Positions 63,251-64,000 of a stretch of DNA of 64,000 nt are shown here, piece after piece; the stretch's first letter is position 1, and every line of letters begins with the position of its first letter. This stretch comes from Scyliorhinus canicula (taxonomy: Eukaryota). Made by a program: the position numbers and the translations under genes. The notes under the pieces were generated by a model. The model did no database searches. It was not told the origin of the DNA and saw only the letters and a list, made by a program, of their open reading frames with translations. The stretch is from contig NC_052147.1 in the NCBI RefSeq assembly GCF_902713615.1, positions 259,256,886-259,320,885 of the forward strand. The letters are read 5' to 3'.

Positions 63251-64000
63251 TAAATCCATGTTGCTATTAAGTTAATCTCTCGTACTACCATTTCTTGGTG
63301 TTCTGATTTATGGATATATCAAAGCCAGCTTGCGCTTTTCTGTACTATTTCTAAAGGTTTATTTCATACTTGAGATGAGGTGCTTCATTGAATATTTCAT
63401 CTCGTCAGGTCAGTATTCTGGACTTAACAGCATTCACACAACCTATTTCTGGAAGTTATAACAAGTGTCAAGCTAAGATGGCCCTTTCCAAATCTCCAGG
63501 TCCATGAAAGTTGAAGTGCCAAACAAAAGCAGAAGCAAACGAGGACTTGTTATCAAGGGCTGGGCAAATCCTGGGCAACCACAGCTGTCTCTAGGGGCAT
63601 AGGTTTGGCACCCCTGCAGTAGGGACAGTTTGTCGAAGTTGATCTTGAGATGTTTTGTCAGTTGGCAGTGGCAGCAACATTGCCCTGCTCTAACCCGTGC
63701 AATACTTAGTTAGGGGGGATTTTGTCATTGATTTTGGAAGGTCAATATGGTAAAATATTGCATTTTTTAATATTGATGCCACTCACTATCAACAGGAAAA
63801 AGAATTCACACACATTGCACTGTACTCTCAATTTCTACTATTATTAGAGGTAAAATTAAAATGACGAAATCAGATTGCTCTATAACTGGAAGAGCAGAAC
63901 ACCTGCAGTTAAACATACATTTAATGGATGGTTGCTTTTCCTCTCCACTTAATGGAAACTGATTTTCATTGATCCAGGTGGGAGGACATATTGGCTTTCA

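Noticed and set aside
63970-64000. ccag|GTGGGA as the next KIF5C exon
   Set aside because: The translation VGGHIGF does not resemble the expected ...NGVIEEEFTMARL sequence

Overview
This is vertebrate nuclear DNA. The HE1/V-SINE, DeuSINE and CR1 repeat landscape points to an elasmobranch, probably a catshark-like shark; the taxon is inferred. The window lies inside one plus-strand gene, the neuronal kinesin-1 heavy chain KIF5C. Twelve internal GT-AG exons (752-60233) splice into an uninterrupted 1422-nt, 474-codon frame covering most of the motor domain, the neck and the first stalk coiled coil. The gene's start and end lie outside the window. The introns are packed with transposable elements: a complete 4.5-kb Gypsy LTR retrotransposon with a 5-bp TSD, an older deleted Gypsy, a truncated L1-clade LINE with a 15-bp TSD, nested CR1 LINEs, an L2 remnant, several SINE families and GC-rich PIF/Harbinger-type MITEs. 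The most interesting observations are four. (1) The young Gypsy has no tRNA primer-binding site; a 16-nt sequence there is complementary to its own LTR over the AATAAA, suggesting self-priming and/or poly(A)-signal masking, and its RT motif reads YLDN. (2) One KIF5C exon starts with a perfect 5' splice site (AG|GTGAGT); recursive skipping would give an immediate stop after the neck coil. (3) A short poly(A)-tailed HE1 subfamily has 12-16 bp TSDs and looks L1-mobilised rather than CR1-mobilised. (4) Harbinger MITEs carry palindromic NRF1/CRE cassettes. Coordinates of degenerate repeats are approximate, and family names come from recalled motifs, not database searches.
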